DNA from: Thermoplasmata archaeon | GTDB taxonomy: Archaea > Thermoplasmatota > Thermoplasmata > Halarchaeoplasmatales > Halarchaeoplasmataceae | Length of the DNA stretch: 40,762 nt | Direction: 5' to 3' | NCBI GenBank assembly: GCA_046538435.1 | Contig: JBKHIX010000003.1 | Location: 1-40,762 of the forward strand | Shown here: in pieces, positions 1-8,476 of the stretch | Position numbering within the stretch: position 1 is the first letter of the stretch | How the letters are laid out: each line of letters opens with the position of its first letter | Position numbers and translations under genes: made by a program | The notes under the pieces: generated by a model | Database searches by the model: none | Told to the model about the DNA's origin: nothing | The model's input: the letters and a program-made list of their open reading frames with translations, nothing else

Positions 1-740
1 AAAAGTTCTTCTATTTCACTTTTATTTTCTGCTACTGCTTCTACAGATTTAGGATCCGATAATATATTCCCCATTGCAGTCAATGATTTTGTGGTATTCT
101 CTCTTACAGACTCAGATTGGTGTTTATCCGCTGATTCGAACAAGAGTTCAGCATAATCAAATGTACCGTTCAATTCAAGAGTTATATTTAGATCCAAAGT
201 CCTATTTAACGGATCACTCCCTTCAGTCAGGATTTTGTTCATACCATCTAATATTACAGTAGTATTTTTTGTAATCTTATTTACTTTAAAAGATTCTTCA
301 TCTAGGTTTAATATGAAATCCTGTATTTTGAACGTTTGATTGCCCATAACTATCAAGTCAGCCATGGTCATGATACCTGATGGTATTTTACTTGTAGAGC
401 CTAGAGAACGGTTTACTTTTTTATCAGCTAGTAATTCTATTTTTGTGTTGATCATATCGTTGAGTACTTCTTTTGAATACACATTTCCATTGTCTGCAGT
501 CCATGAGACTTCAACTGCCCCATCTACAGACGCGTCGAAATCATTTTGAACTTCATCTAACCATCTAGCCTTTGCTGAATCAGGAGTAAAAGAATCCCTT
601 GAAGTATCAGTTTTCATATGGGAAGCAAAATATCCCATGACAAGAGTAAAGATGATAAAGAATGTAATTATTTTTTTAGGATTTTTACTAACAAATGAAG
701 AAACTGAGTGAAGTTTTTCAAAACGTGAATCATCTGGCAT
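1..740 (-). CDS. MMPL/RND (HAE3-like) transporter, N-terminal part; runs off window start
   Basis: Not in the ORF track. Hand translation from ATG at 740: MPDDSRFEKLHSVSSFVSKNPKKIITFFIIFTLVMGYFASHMKTDTSRDSFTPDSAKARWLDEVQNDF..., open to position 1 and collinear with the N-terminus of the 902..4243 protein (SFVSENPMKI...TLVMGYFAS...KAEWLDDIQ). Confidence 0.9.
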   Translation of the reverse strand, partial: MPDDSRFEKLHSVSSFVSKNPKKIITFFIIFTLVMGYFASHMKTDTSRDSFTPDSAKARWLDEVQNDFDASVDGAVEVSWTADNGNVYSKEVLNDMINTKIELLADKKVNRSLGSTSKIPSGIMTMADLIVMGNQTFKIQDFILNLDEESFKVNKITKNTTVILDGMNKILTEGSDPLNRTLDLNITLELNGTFDYAELLFESADKHQSESVRENTTKSLTAMGNILSDPKSVEAVAENKSEIEEL

Positions 741-901
741 ACTTTAAATCCTCCAAATGTGTTTTTAAACTTTATAGATGAAATAGATGTATATTATATG
801 TATATTCCCCAAATTTTTCAATTATTTTAATAATGTTATAACTCTGATTAATAAAAAAAGTATACTGGAAAATAATAAACTAAAAAAAGAAATAATAAGA
901 A

Positions 902-3900
902 TTATTGTTTTTTCTTCAGTACTGGTATGTCTTTCTTTTGAGGTTCTTTGGATTTACAACATTTTGCCCAGATCATCAAACCAGAGGGCAGAACGAATAC
1001 AGCTACAAGAAAACTGTATCCAATTGCCATCGCAGTTATATAACCAAACTGGGAAAGTGGTAGGATCTTCGAGGTTGATAGGATCCCAAAGGCACCAATA
1101 GTGGTTACTGCAGACCCGAATAATGCTGCACCTGTGTTCTGGACTGTATCATGCATAGCGTCATACAGATTATCTTCTTCCTCTTTCTCTTCTGTAAATC
1201 TGTGGGTTATATGAATGCTGTAATCGACTCCCATACCTACAGTTAATGCAGTGATACTTACAGTCATCACGTTAAGTGGGACATCCATGATATACATCGT
1301 GCCAACGATCCAAATAGTAACTATCGTAACCGGTAAGGTAGTAATCACACCTAATACCTTTGATTTATGTATGTAGTAAAACACAATAGTTAATATTATA
1401 GCTACTATTATTACAGTTACCATTAAAGAATTTATTTGGGTATTACTGAGTTCTTCTGTAGTCTCTTGTCCCACGATCGAACTGCTTGTTATTTTGGTTG
1501 AGAACCCTGCATCTTTTAAAGGTTTAGAATCTTCTTTCAACTCGTCTTCCATTACCTTAGCATTATCCATGTTACTCGTGATTTTATTGGCATTTTCTTT
1601 AACCTTGATTATCGCTTTTGTATAGGAACCTTCATCAGTTCGATAAAGAATATTTTGGATCTCTCTTTTACTTTCTTTAAAGGAGAAAAGTAAACCATAA
1701 AGAGCTGTAACGTTTTCTTCTGGAATCTCATCACCATCTTTATCGCTGTTTTGAAAAAGACTCACTATACTTTCATTATAATTTGGACTACCAAATTGAG
1801 CCTGACCGTATTTTTGTAACACTGATAAAACAGTAGAAGATTCACCATTTGATATCACCATTTCATCGTCCTTAGTGTTTTCAATAGTTTTGTTTACTGC
1901 ATGTAAATATTCAGGATTATCCACTTCATTTTCGGTATATATGTATGCATATGACGTGCTTATGTTGAAGTTAGCATTTATATATTCTATATTTTCGCTT
2001 TGTGATTTATCCTCAGGTAAGAAGTCTTGGATGTCGAATGTAGTATCAATATTGACCACTCCATACATCGCCGATGATGTTATTATTAAAACCACTATCA
2101 GTACAACAAAAGGATGTTTATCTGAGGCATCCGTAGATTTAGAGAGTATGGAGTTTATCAATCCTTCACCTTGCTTTTTTAGTTTTTTAGAGATATCTGT
2201 TTTCTTTTTCTTACTTCCTTTCCTTTTTTCTCTCCAAGTATCTACAAGTTGGAGAACTGATGGGAGGAATCCTACCATCAGAATAAAGCTAGACGAAATA
2301 CCAACAGCAGCTAGGATACCGAAGTTTCTCATTACCGTTATATTACTGAAGGTATTTGATAAAAATCCGATAGCAGTGGTTATCGTGGTGAGTAGCAGTG
2401 CCCCTCCAACAGTAGATATAGCTATCATGTTGGCCAATTTTGGTTTTTTATCATCATCTTTTTCTTCTCTATACCGCATAACAATATGAATTCCATAGTC
2501 GATTACCAGTCCCGTTATCAGGATCGGAACTGCTATGATCATAGGATTGAATTCGTAACCTAATATAACTCCAACACCAAAGGTCCAAACGATAGCCATT
2601 AAAAGAGATAATAGACTTACAGCGGTTTCCACAACAGTTCGATAGATTAAAAGTAGAATTATAACAACAAACAGGAATGCTAGCGGCAGCAGTGTATTTA
2701 AGCTGTTGTTAGCACTATCGTTGATCTGTTCCATCATCACTTGTTGTGCAAAAATTTTTGGTTTGGAATTAATACATTCTTTTTTACTTATATCAATAAT
2801 ATCATACTGTACTTCCTTTCTCGTAGAACTTGAATAGCTTGAGTTAAGTTGTACGAGTCCAATAGCACTCCTACCTTTAATATCAGATATATCCTTTAAA
2901 TGGTTGAAATCTTTGCTTATAGTTATTGGTAAACTCTGTCTTATGGAACCTATTATTTTTGGGAGATTTTCAGCTGATGAAATTTGAGAATTGAAGGAAG
3001 AAAAGTTACTTTTGTTTTCATAAATGTTAGTACTTTGAGAATTTATGTATTGCTTGAAGACAGTGAAGGATTGAGAGTTAGTGGAGTTTTTTATCTGATC
3101 CACAGTTTGCTCTAAATGTTTTAAAGTTTTTAATGTGCTATCTAAGTAATTAATTGAAGATGTGAAATTACTATTTGTTTTCTCGATAGAACCATCAACT
3201 TCCTTTCTCATCTCTTCCCTATCATAGGTTAAAGTTTTGTAAACGTCCTTTTTAATATCCTGGTCTGACATGTTAGAAAGTTTCTTTTTTTTATCTTCTA
3301 AAGTAAGTGATGTTGAGGGCATATCGATTGATGGGATATCCCCCATTGTTTCGGATTGAATAATATGCTGTATCTGGAAGAAAGTCAAAGTCATCTTGAT
3401 AGCATTTGATGGATCTTCCTGCGATCTCGGCATTTTAAGAATACCGTTCATCCCCTCAAATAGATTTTTAAAAGGAACTAAATCAGGATTAGTTTCGAGT
3501 GTCTTTATAAAATCCTCGGTTTCCATAATTTTTTCTTTTAGAGGTGCATCAGATTGTAAAACTTCTATCAATGATTGTAGTTGTTCCTGATAATCCATCA
3601 ACGGCTCCCATACCTCAGGGTTTAGAGTAATCTGAATTACCGCATTCAAGGATTTTGTAGTATTCTCCATGAGCGACTGATTAGTTCCTAGTTGAGCGGA
3701 TTTAATCAATGCATCACCATATGTGAACGTACCGTTGATAACATTGAACATCTCTTTCTGTATGTTAATACCATCCTTGATCTTAGATGATTTATCTGGA
3801 AGATTGAGGATGAAATTTTGAATTTCAAAGGTTTGATTACTCATCAAAATGGTGTCAGCAAGTGTATTTACACCTTCAGGGATATTATTTGAAGATGAAA

Positions 3901-4243
3901 GAGTTTTATTTACCTCTTCATTCTCCATCAGTTTTATTTTAGTATTGAGCATATCCATGAGTACTTCTTTTGTGAAAACATCACCATCGTTTGCTGCAAA
4001 CGCTATTTGTACGGCTTCTCCAGTAGTTCCAAATTCACTTTGTATATCATCCAACCATTCAGCTTTGTTACTTTCAGGGTTGAAAGATTCTTCTTCAGTT
4101 TCCATGGACATGTTAGAGGCAAAATATCCCATCACAAGCGTAATCAATACAATAATAACGATAATCTTCATTGGATTTTCACTAACAAAGGAAGGAAAAA
4201 AATCAAACCGACCTTTTTCTCTTTTTATCTTCAATGTTTTCAC
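902..4243 (-). CDS. MMPL/RND superfamily transporter (archaeal HAE3-type) with a long extracellular helical insert
   Basis: Two repeats of 1 TM + soluble loop + 5 TM, with GLVIDYGIH and GMGVDYSIH TM4/TM10 motifs. The true start may be TTG at 4234, since the annotated GTG lies within a GGTGA RBS. Confidence 0.92.
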   Translation of the reverse strand: MKTLKIKREKGRFDFFPSFVSENPMKIIVIIVLITLVMGYFASNMSMETEEESFNPESNKAEWLDDIQSEFGTTGEAVQIAFAANDGDVFTKEVLMDMLNTKIKLMENEEVNKTLSSSNNIPEGVNTLADTILMSNQTFEIQNFILNLPDKSSKIKDGINIQKEMFNVINGTFTYGDALIKSAQLGTNQSLMENTTKSLNAVIQITLNPEVWEPLMDYQEQLQSLIEVLQSDAPLKEKIMETEDFIKTLETNPDLVPFKNLFEGMNGILKMPRSQEDPSNAIKMTLTFFQIQHIIQSETMGDIPSIDMPSTSLTLEDKKKKLSNMSDQDIKKDVYKTLTYDREEMRKEVDGSIEKTNSNFTSSINYLDSTLKTLKHLEQTVDQIKNSTNSQSFTVFKQYINSQSTNIYENKSNFSSFNSQISSAENLPKIIGSIRQSLPITISKDFNHLKDISDIKGRSAIGLVQLNSSYSSSTRKEVQYDIIDISKKECINSKPKIFAQQVMMEQINDSANNSLNTLLPLAFLFVVIILLLIYRTVVETAVSLLSLLMAIVWTFGVGVILGYEFNPMIIAVPILITGLVIDYGIHIVMRYREEKDDDKKPKLANMIAISTVGGALLLTTITTAIGFLSNTFSNITVMRNFGILAAVGISSSFILMVGFLPSVLQLVDTWREKRKGSKKKKTDISKKLKKQGEGLINSILSKSTDASDKHPFVVLIVVLIITSSAMYGVVNIDTTFDIQDFLPEDKSQSENIEYINANFNISTSYAYIYTENEVDNPEYLHAVNKTIENTKDDEMVISNGESSTVLSVLQKYGQAQFGSPNYNESIVSLFQNSDKDGDEIPEENVTALYGLLFSFKESKREIQNILYRTDEGSYTKAIIKVKENANKITSNMDNAKVMEDELKEDSKPLKDAGFSTKITSSSIVGQETTEELSNTQINSLMVTVIIVAIILTIVFYYIHKSKVLGVITTLPVTIVTIWIVGTMYIMDVPLNVMTVSITALTVGMGVDYSIHITHRFTEEKEEEDNLYDAMHDTVQNTGAALFGSAVTTIGAFGILSTSKILPLSQFGYITAMAIGYSFLVAVFVLPSGLMIWAKCCKSKEPQKKDIPVLKKKQ

Positions 4244-4279
4244 CCATATATATTAAATACAAATCTAATCTTATCAAGA

Positions 4280-4525
4280 TTAAGAATCATCTTTCTTATT
4301 TAAAGGTTTTACGATGACCTGGACTAAATCACCTTCATTGATATCAAGAGCCTCTCTTTCAGCGGTAGGAATGGTCACTCTGCCACTCTCACCAACTTTA
4401 GCTTTGAAAAAAGCATGAGCATATGCAGCATTCTCCATTATTTTAGGTATTTCTTCCCTAAGTGATCTAACTAATTTTGGAAGATCCTGAATTTCGGTTT
4501 CATTTAATATTTCTCCAATTTTCAT
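4280..4525 (-). CDS. AbrB/MazE/SpoVT-family DNA-binding protein
   Basis: C-terminal FKAKVGESGRVTIPTAEREALDINEGDLVQVIV swapped-hairpin signature; ATG 4525 preceded by AGGTG. Confidence 0.85.
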   Translation of the reverse strand: MKIGEILNETEIQDLPKLVRSLREEIPKIMENAAYAHAFFKAKVGESGRVTIPTAEREALDINEGDLVQVIVKPLNKKDDS

Positions 4526-4679
4526 GACATACACCTACATTTATCCCCATTTTGTGTCATTTATTTATGTCTTTTGGCGATGTGAACCGAAAAATGTAAA
4601 TAAACATCAAAATCCCAAATAATTTGATGCCTAAAACTAAATATATATTAATTTAAAAGTAGAGAAAAGAAAAATAGTG

Positions 4680-4709
4680 TAATAAATTATTCAGATGAAT
4701 AATTTATTA
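4680..4709 (-). terminator. Perfect 13-bp inverted repeat at the regulator stop codon, followed by a T-rich tract on the minus strand
   Basis: TAATAAATTATTC-agat-GAATAATTTATTA; downstream on the minus strand ACACTATTTTTCTTTTCTCTACTTTT. Confidence 0.5.
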
Positions 4710-5066
4710 AATCAATTTTTTGATTTTTTCGATGTTTTCTTCGATCTCAGCAATTTTTTCTTTCTCTTCTTCTTCGATCTCATCGATTATCTCTTCTATG
4801 TCCTTTTCTAAACTGTAAGCGTGAACAGGTCGACCCTTGCCTTCTTTCTTTATGTCCCTTTTCGCCACCCAATCCTTTTCTCTAAGGTCCTGCATAGCTA
4901 TTGAAACTTCAGGTTGTCTTAGACCTATTTCACTTTCAATTTCTCTACTTTTAATTTCATCTCTTCCAGCGATATAGACTAAAGTTTTTGCTACATTTTT
5001 ATTCAAACCGGTTTTTATTAACTTTTCAACCAATTCTTCTTCTTTTTTAGAGAATCCGTCGCTCAT
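4707..5066 (-). CDS. Winged-HTH transcriptional regulator (COG4738/ArsR-TrmB-like)
   Basis: SREIESEIGLRQPEVSIAMQDL...KGRPVHAYSL motif; likely start MSDGF at 5066 after GGAGA, with TATATAAA about 35-40 nt upstream. Confidence 0.8.
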   Translation of the reverse strand: MSDGFSKKEEELVEKLIKTGLNKNVAKTLVYIAGRDEIKSREIESEIGLRQPEVSIAMQDLREKDWVAKRDIKKEGKGRPVHAYSLEKDIEEIIDEIEEEEKEKIAEIEENIEKIKKLI

Positions 5067-5129
5067 TTTATCTCTCCAATAAAATGATAAAGATAATAGT
5101 TTATATATTTTTTGATTCAAATTAAGGGT

Positions 5130-6003
5130 TTACTCGAAATATATCAGCGGCTTTATTATCCCGTCCTCCTTAGTTTTCCTCAAATTGAAACCTTTTTCTA
5201 TTTCATCGAATTTAAATTTGTGGGTAGTCATTGGTGTGGGGTCTACTTTGTTTTTATCAAGTAATCTCAATAATCTAGTCAATCTGACTCTTCCCCCAGG
5301 ACATAAAGTATTATTGATTGTAATCTCGGACATTCCTACACCCCAACCTTGCCTTGGGATCTTTAAATATTCCCCTTTACCATGATATCCGATGTTAGAT
5401 CCAGCACCTCCTGGTTTTGTCACTTCTATACACTGCTTGAAAGTTTCATTCATTCCCAATGCTTCTATTGCAGAATCTACACCTTCTACGTCTGTTAATT
5501 CCATGATCTTTTCTACAGAATCACCCTCAGTAAAATCAACTATTTCATCAGCCCCATATTTTCTACTAAGTTCTTTTCGCTTTTCTACTGACTCAACAGC
5601 TATAATATGACCAGCTCCCTGTAACTCTGCCCCTTTAGTAGCCATCAAACCAACGGGACCCTATGCGAATACTGCTACAATACCACCAATAGGAATATTT
5701 GCTATCTCTGCTCCACCAAATCCAGTGGACATCATATCACAAATGTAAACCGCTTCTTCATCTTTTACTCCTTTGGGAATAAGAGCCATGTTAGCATCAG
5801 CTTCATTTACATGGAAAAAATCTGCAAAAACACCATCTTTTACATTTGCGAATTTCCATTCATCAAGAGCTATATTTGACTGAGATGAATGTCCTCTTTG
5901 TGATGCATCTGACCTTAAATCAGGAGTTATCGCCCAACAGCTGCTCTATCTCCTGGTTCAAACGAATTAACTTGATTCTCAACTTCTTCGACTATCACAC
6001 CCT
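5130..6003 (-). pseudogene. NAD(P)-dependent Zn secondary alcohol dehydrogenase pseudogene
   Basis: Reconstructed IVEEV...PGDRAAVG/AITPD...WKFANVKDGVFADFFHVNEADANMA...DMMSTGF...VAVFA*GPVGLMA. In-frame TAG at 5661-5663, 1-nt frameshift at ~5934, and the N-terminal ~60 aa are missing. Confidence 0.9.
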
Positions 6004-6050
6004 TATAGCTTATAAGAAAATTATACTTAAGTAAATGTGATTTCATCCTA

Positions 6051-6067
6051 AACAAAACATTTATATA
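6051..6067 (+). promoter_or_regulatory. BRE/TATA promoter of the heat-shock cluster
   Basis: A-rich AACAAAACA followed by TTTATATA (6060-6067), ~65 nt before the hsp20 ATG. Confidence 0.6.
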
Positions 6068-6099
6068 GAACCTCTTACTAATTACTTAATGCAAATATT

Positions 6100-6114
6100 A
6101 CAACCTCGAGTTGT
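6100..6114. promoter_or_regulatory. Putative HSR1/Phr-type heat-shock operator ACAAC-N5-GTTGT
   Basis: Perfect 5-5-5 palindrome ACAAC ctcga GTTGT between the TATA box and the RBS; same geometry as the Archaeoglobus HSR1 motif CTAAC-N5-GTTAG. Confidence 0.6.
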
Positions 6115-6132
6115 CAAATGTAGGTGATAAAT

Positions 6133-6660
6133 ATGGCTGAAGAAGAAGATGTAGATATTGAGGAAAGAGAGGAAGGGAAAGGTAGTGAACTAGCTGAACG
6201 AAGAGAGGACTTATTCATGAATCCGTTCAAAGAGATGGAAACGTTATTCGAGGATTTAGACAAAACCTTCGACAGGTTCTTCGGTAGACCACTGATGAGA
6301 AGAGAGAGAGGAAAACCAATGATTCCATCACTACGAGGACCAGCATGTGATCTAAGAGATTTGGGTGACGAGTATGTCTGTGAAGTAGACCTACCAGGCA
6401 TGAGTAAAGATGACATCGAAGTAGAGGTAAGAGAAGATAGGCTCGCCATTAAAGGTAAGGCTAAGAAGGAAACCAAAGAAGAAGGTGAAGATTACTTAAG
6501 ACAGGAAAGAAGAGTCCGATCATTCAATAGGGAACTACCGATGCCTGAAGACGTTATCTCCGATGACGCAGAAGCTACACTTAAGAATGGTGTACTCAGG
6601 GTAACATTACCTAAAAAGGAACCAGAGAAGAAGAAGGGTAAAAAGATAGAAGTCAAGTAA
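6133..6660 (+). CDS. hsp20: Small heat-shock protein, Hsp20/alpha-crystallin family
   Basis: VDLPGMSKDDIEV, RSFNRELPMPEDV, AEATLKNGVLRVTLPK; ATG 6133 after a GGTGA RBS. Confidence 0.95.
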   Translation: MAEEEDVDIEEREEGKGSELAERREDLFMNPFKEMETLFEDLDKTFDRFFGRPLMRRERGKPMIPSLRGPACDLRDLGDEYVCEVDLPGMSKDDIEVEVREDRLAIKGKAKKETKEEGEDYLRQERRVRSFNRELPMPEDVISDDAEATLKNGVLRVTLPKKEPEKKKGKKIEVK

Positions 6661-6711
6661 AAAGTAATCCCTTCATTTTTCATTTATAAATAAATTTAAA
6701 AGGTAGTCGAT

Positions 6712-7362
6712 ATGGAACGAGATGACTTCGAAAAGATAATACAACTCCTCCAGAATCAGACCAGGAGGAAAATACTAGAGATCTTGAGCAGAGAAGGTCA
6801 CTATCCTTTGCAGATCTCCAGGAGTATGAATACCAGCCAACAGGCTATCTCGAAACATCTCAAGAGACTGGAAGAACAGGGATTGGTCACTTCTAGAGAG
6901 AGCAAGAGCAGGAAGGGAGGACCACCGACTAAGACGTACACTCTAAACAAAGAATTCTCGGTCCGTATCGATCTAGGTCCACAATTGTTCAAGACCAAGA
7001 TAGAAGAGTTGGACAATCTTGAAGATCTTGAAGGTTATGACGATATTAAAGATAAACTGGATGAGGATCTAGATAGAAAAACTCTCGAGGAGCAGAGAAC
7101 CCTTGTTCAAGATATCGAAGAAGAGATAGATGATCTTGAAAATAAAAGAAAATGTTTACTTAAAATGAAGGAAAAAGCCCTTTCAGAGGCATTTAACTTC
7201 ATACATGAGGAATTTGGAGATTATGAGGTTAGAGAAATACTATACTATGTGTTAGATTCCGGAGTAAAAGACCCGGTTAAAATTGCTAAACACTTCAATG
7301 TTAGAGAAGATGAGATTGAAAGAATAATAAATAAAATAAAAGAAAAAATAGATATTTGGTGA
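6712..7362 (+). CDS. ArsR-family wHTH heat-shock regulator (HSR1/Phr-like)
   Basis: LQNQTRRKILEILSREGHYPLQISR...SQQAISKHLKRLEEQGLV...GGPPTKTY, then a coiled coil; located inside the chaperone cluster. Confidence 0.85.
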   Translation: MERDDFEKIIQLLQNQTRRKILEILSREGHYPLQISRSMNTSQQAISKHLKRLEEQGLVTSRESKSRKGGPPTKTYTLNKEFSVRIDLGPQLFKTKIEELDNLEDLEGYDDIKDKLDEDLDRKTLEEQRTLVQDIEEEIDDLENKRKCLLKMKEKALSEAFNFIHEEFGDYEVREILYYVLDSGVKDPVKIAKHFNVREDEIERIINKIKEKIDIW

Positions 7363-7366
7363 TAAT

Positions 7367-7924
7367 ATGAATCGAAAAGATGATGAAGATGACGAAAGAA
7401 AAAGAAGAAGAAGACCTGATCCATTCAAGGATCTGTTTGGATTCTCAGACATGTTTGGATTCTCCAACATGGATGATGAATTCAAAAAGATGCAGAAATT
7501 AGCAGAAAAGATGATGAAACAAGGTAGACAGCGTATGAACAGAGATCCATTCGTATATGGATTCACAGTAAGAACAGGACCAGAAGGAAAACCACAGATA
7601 GAGGAATTTGGAAATGCTAAGGACTATTTCCATGAGGGAGAAGAAAAGTCAGAGTGGACTCCGTTGACAGATGTCCAGGAAACTGATGATTCAGTACTGG
7701 TCACCGTTGATGTACCTGGTGTCGAAAAAGAAGACATAAACTTGCAGGTGAGAAAGGATTCTTTAAAGGTTTCTGTTGACGGAAAGAGGAAATACGGAAA
7801 AACCATCGGATTACCTTCACAAGTGAATCCAGAGGATGCAGAAGCAAAGTACAACAACGGCGTTTTAGAAGTTGAGCTAAAAAAAGAAAGTGAAGAAGTT
7901 GGGAAGACAATAGAAATTGAATAA
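7367..7924 (+). CDS. hsp20: Archaeal-type Hsp20
   Basis: PFVYGFTVRTGPEGKPQIEEFGN archaeal sHSP motif; PLTDVQE, VDVPGVEKEDI, AKYNNGVLEV. Confidence 0.95.
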   Translation: MNRKDDEDDERKRRRRPDPFKDLFGFSDMFGFSNMDDEFKKMQKLAEKMMKQGRQRMNRDPFVYGFTVRTGPEGKPQIEEFGNAKDYFHEGEEKSEWTPLTDVQETDDSVLVTVDVPGVEKEDINLQVRKDSLKVSVDGKRKYGKTIGLPSQVNPEDAEAKYNNGVLEVELKKESEEVGKTIEIE

Positions 7925-7935
7925 AGTGAGTGATC

Positions 7936-8457
7936 ATGACATCAAACGAAGAAGAAACTAATAATAAAGAATCAGAAGAAGAACAGCTAGAACAGGAAGA
8001 ATACGAAGAAGAAACTACAGAGAAAGAAGAAAGAGAAAAACTGGAACAGGAAGTCGAAGATTTAGAACAGTCACTTAAAAAGGTGATGGCAGATTTCGAT
8101 AACTACAGAAAACGTATGATGAGAGAGAAGAAGAATATCATCGAAAGGGCTACAGAAGACTTGATGATAGACCTGATCGAAGTCCTGGATGACTTCGAGA
8201 GAGCCAGGGATAATGAGGACGAGATGGACAGTAAAGGAGTTGAGATGATATACAGTAAGTTCAAGAAAGTCCTCGAAGATCACGGCTTAGAGGAGGTAGA
8301 TTCCGAAAACAAAAAATTCGATCCAAACTATCATGAATGTTTGATGTCGGTCGAAGATGAAGATCATGAAGAAGATGAGATTATAGAAGAATTTCAAAAA
8401 GGTTATAAGTTGAATGATAAGGTCATAAGACCTTCGAAAGTTAAAGTTGCAAAATAA
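7936..8457 (+). CDS. grpE: Nucleotide exchange factor GrpE
   Basis: ADFDNYRKR, FDPNYHE, FQKGYKLNDKVIRPSKVKV. Confidence 0.97.
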   Translation: MTSNEEETNNKESEEEQLEQEEYEEETTEKEEREKLEQEVEDLEQSLKKVMADFDNYRKRMMREKKNIIERATEDLMIDLIEVLDDFERARDNEDEMDSKGVEMIYSKFKKVLEDHGLEEVDSENKKFDPNYHECLMSVEDEDHEEDEIIEEFQKGYKLNDKVIRPSKVKVAK

Positions 8458-8476
8458 TGAACATAGGTGATAATGT

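Noticed and set aside
4280-4534. AbrB/MazE protein as a toxin-antitoxin antitoxin
   Set aside because: No PIN/MazF-type toxin is adjacent.
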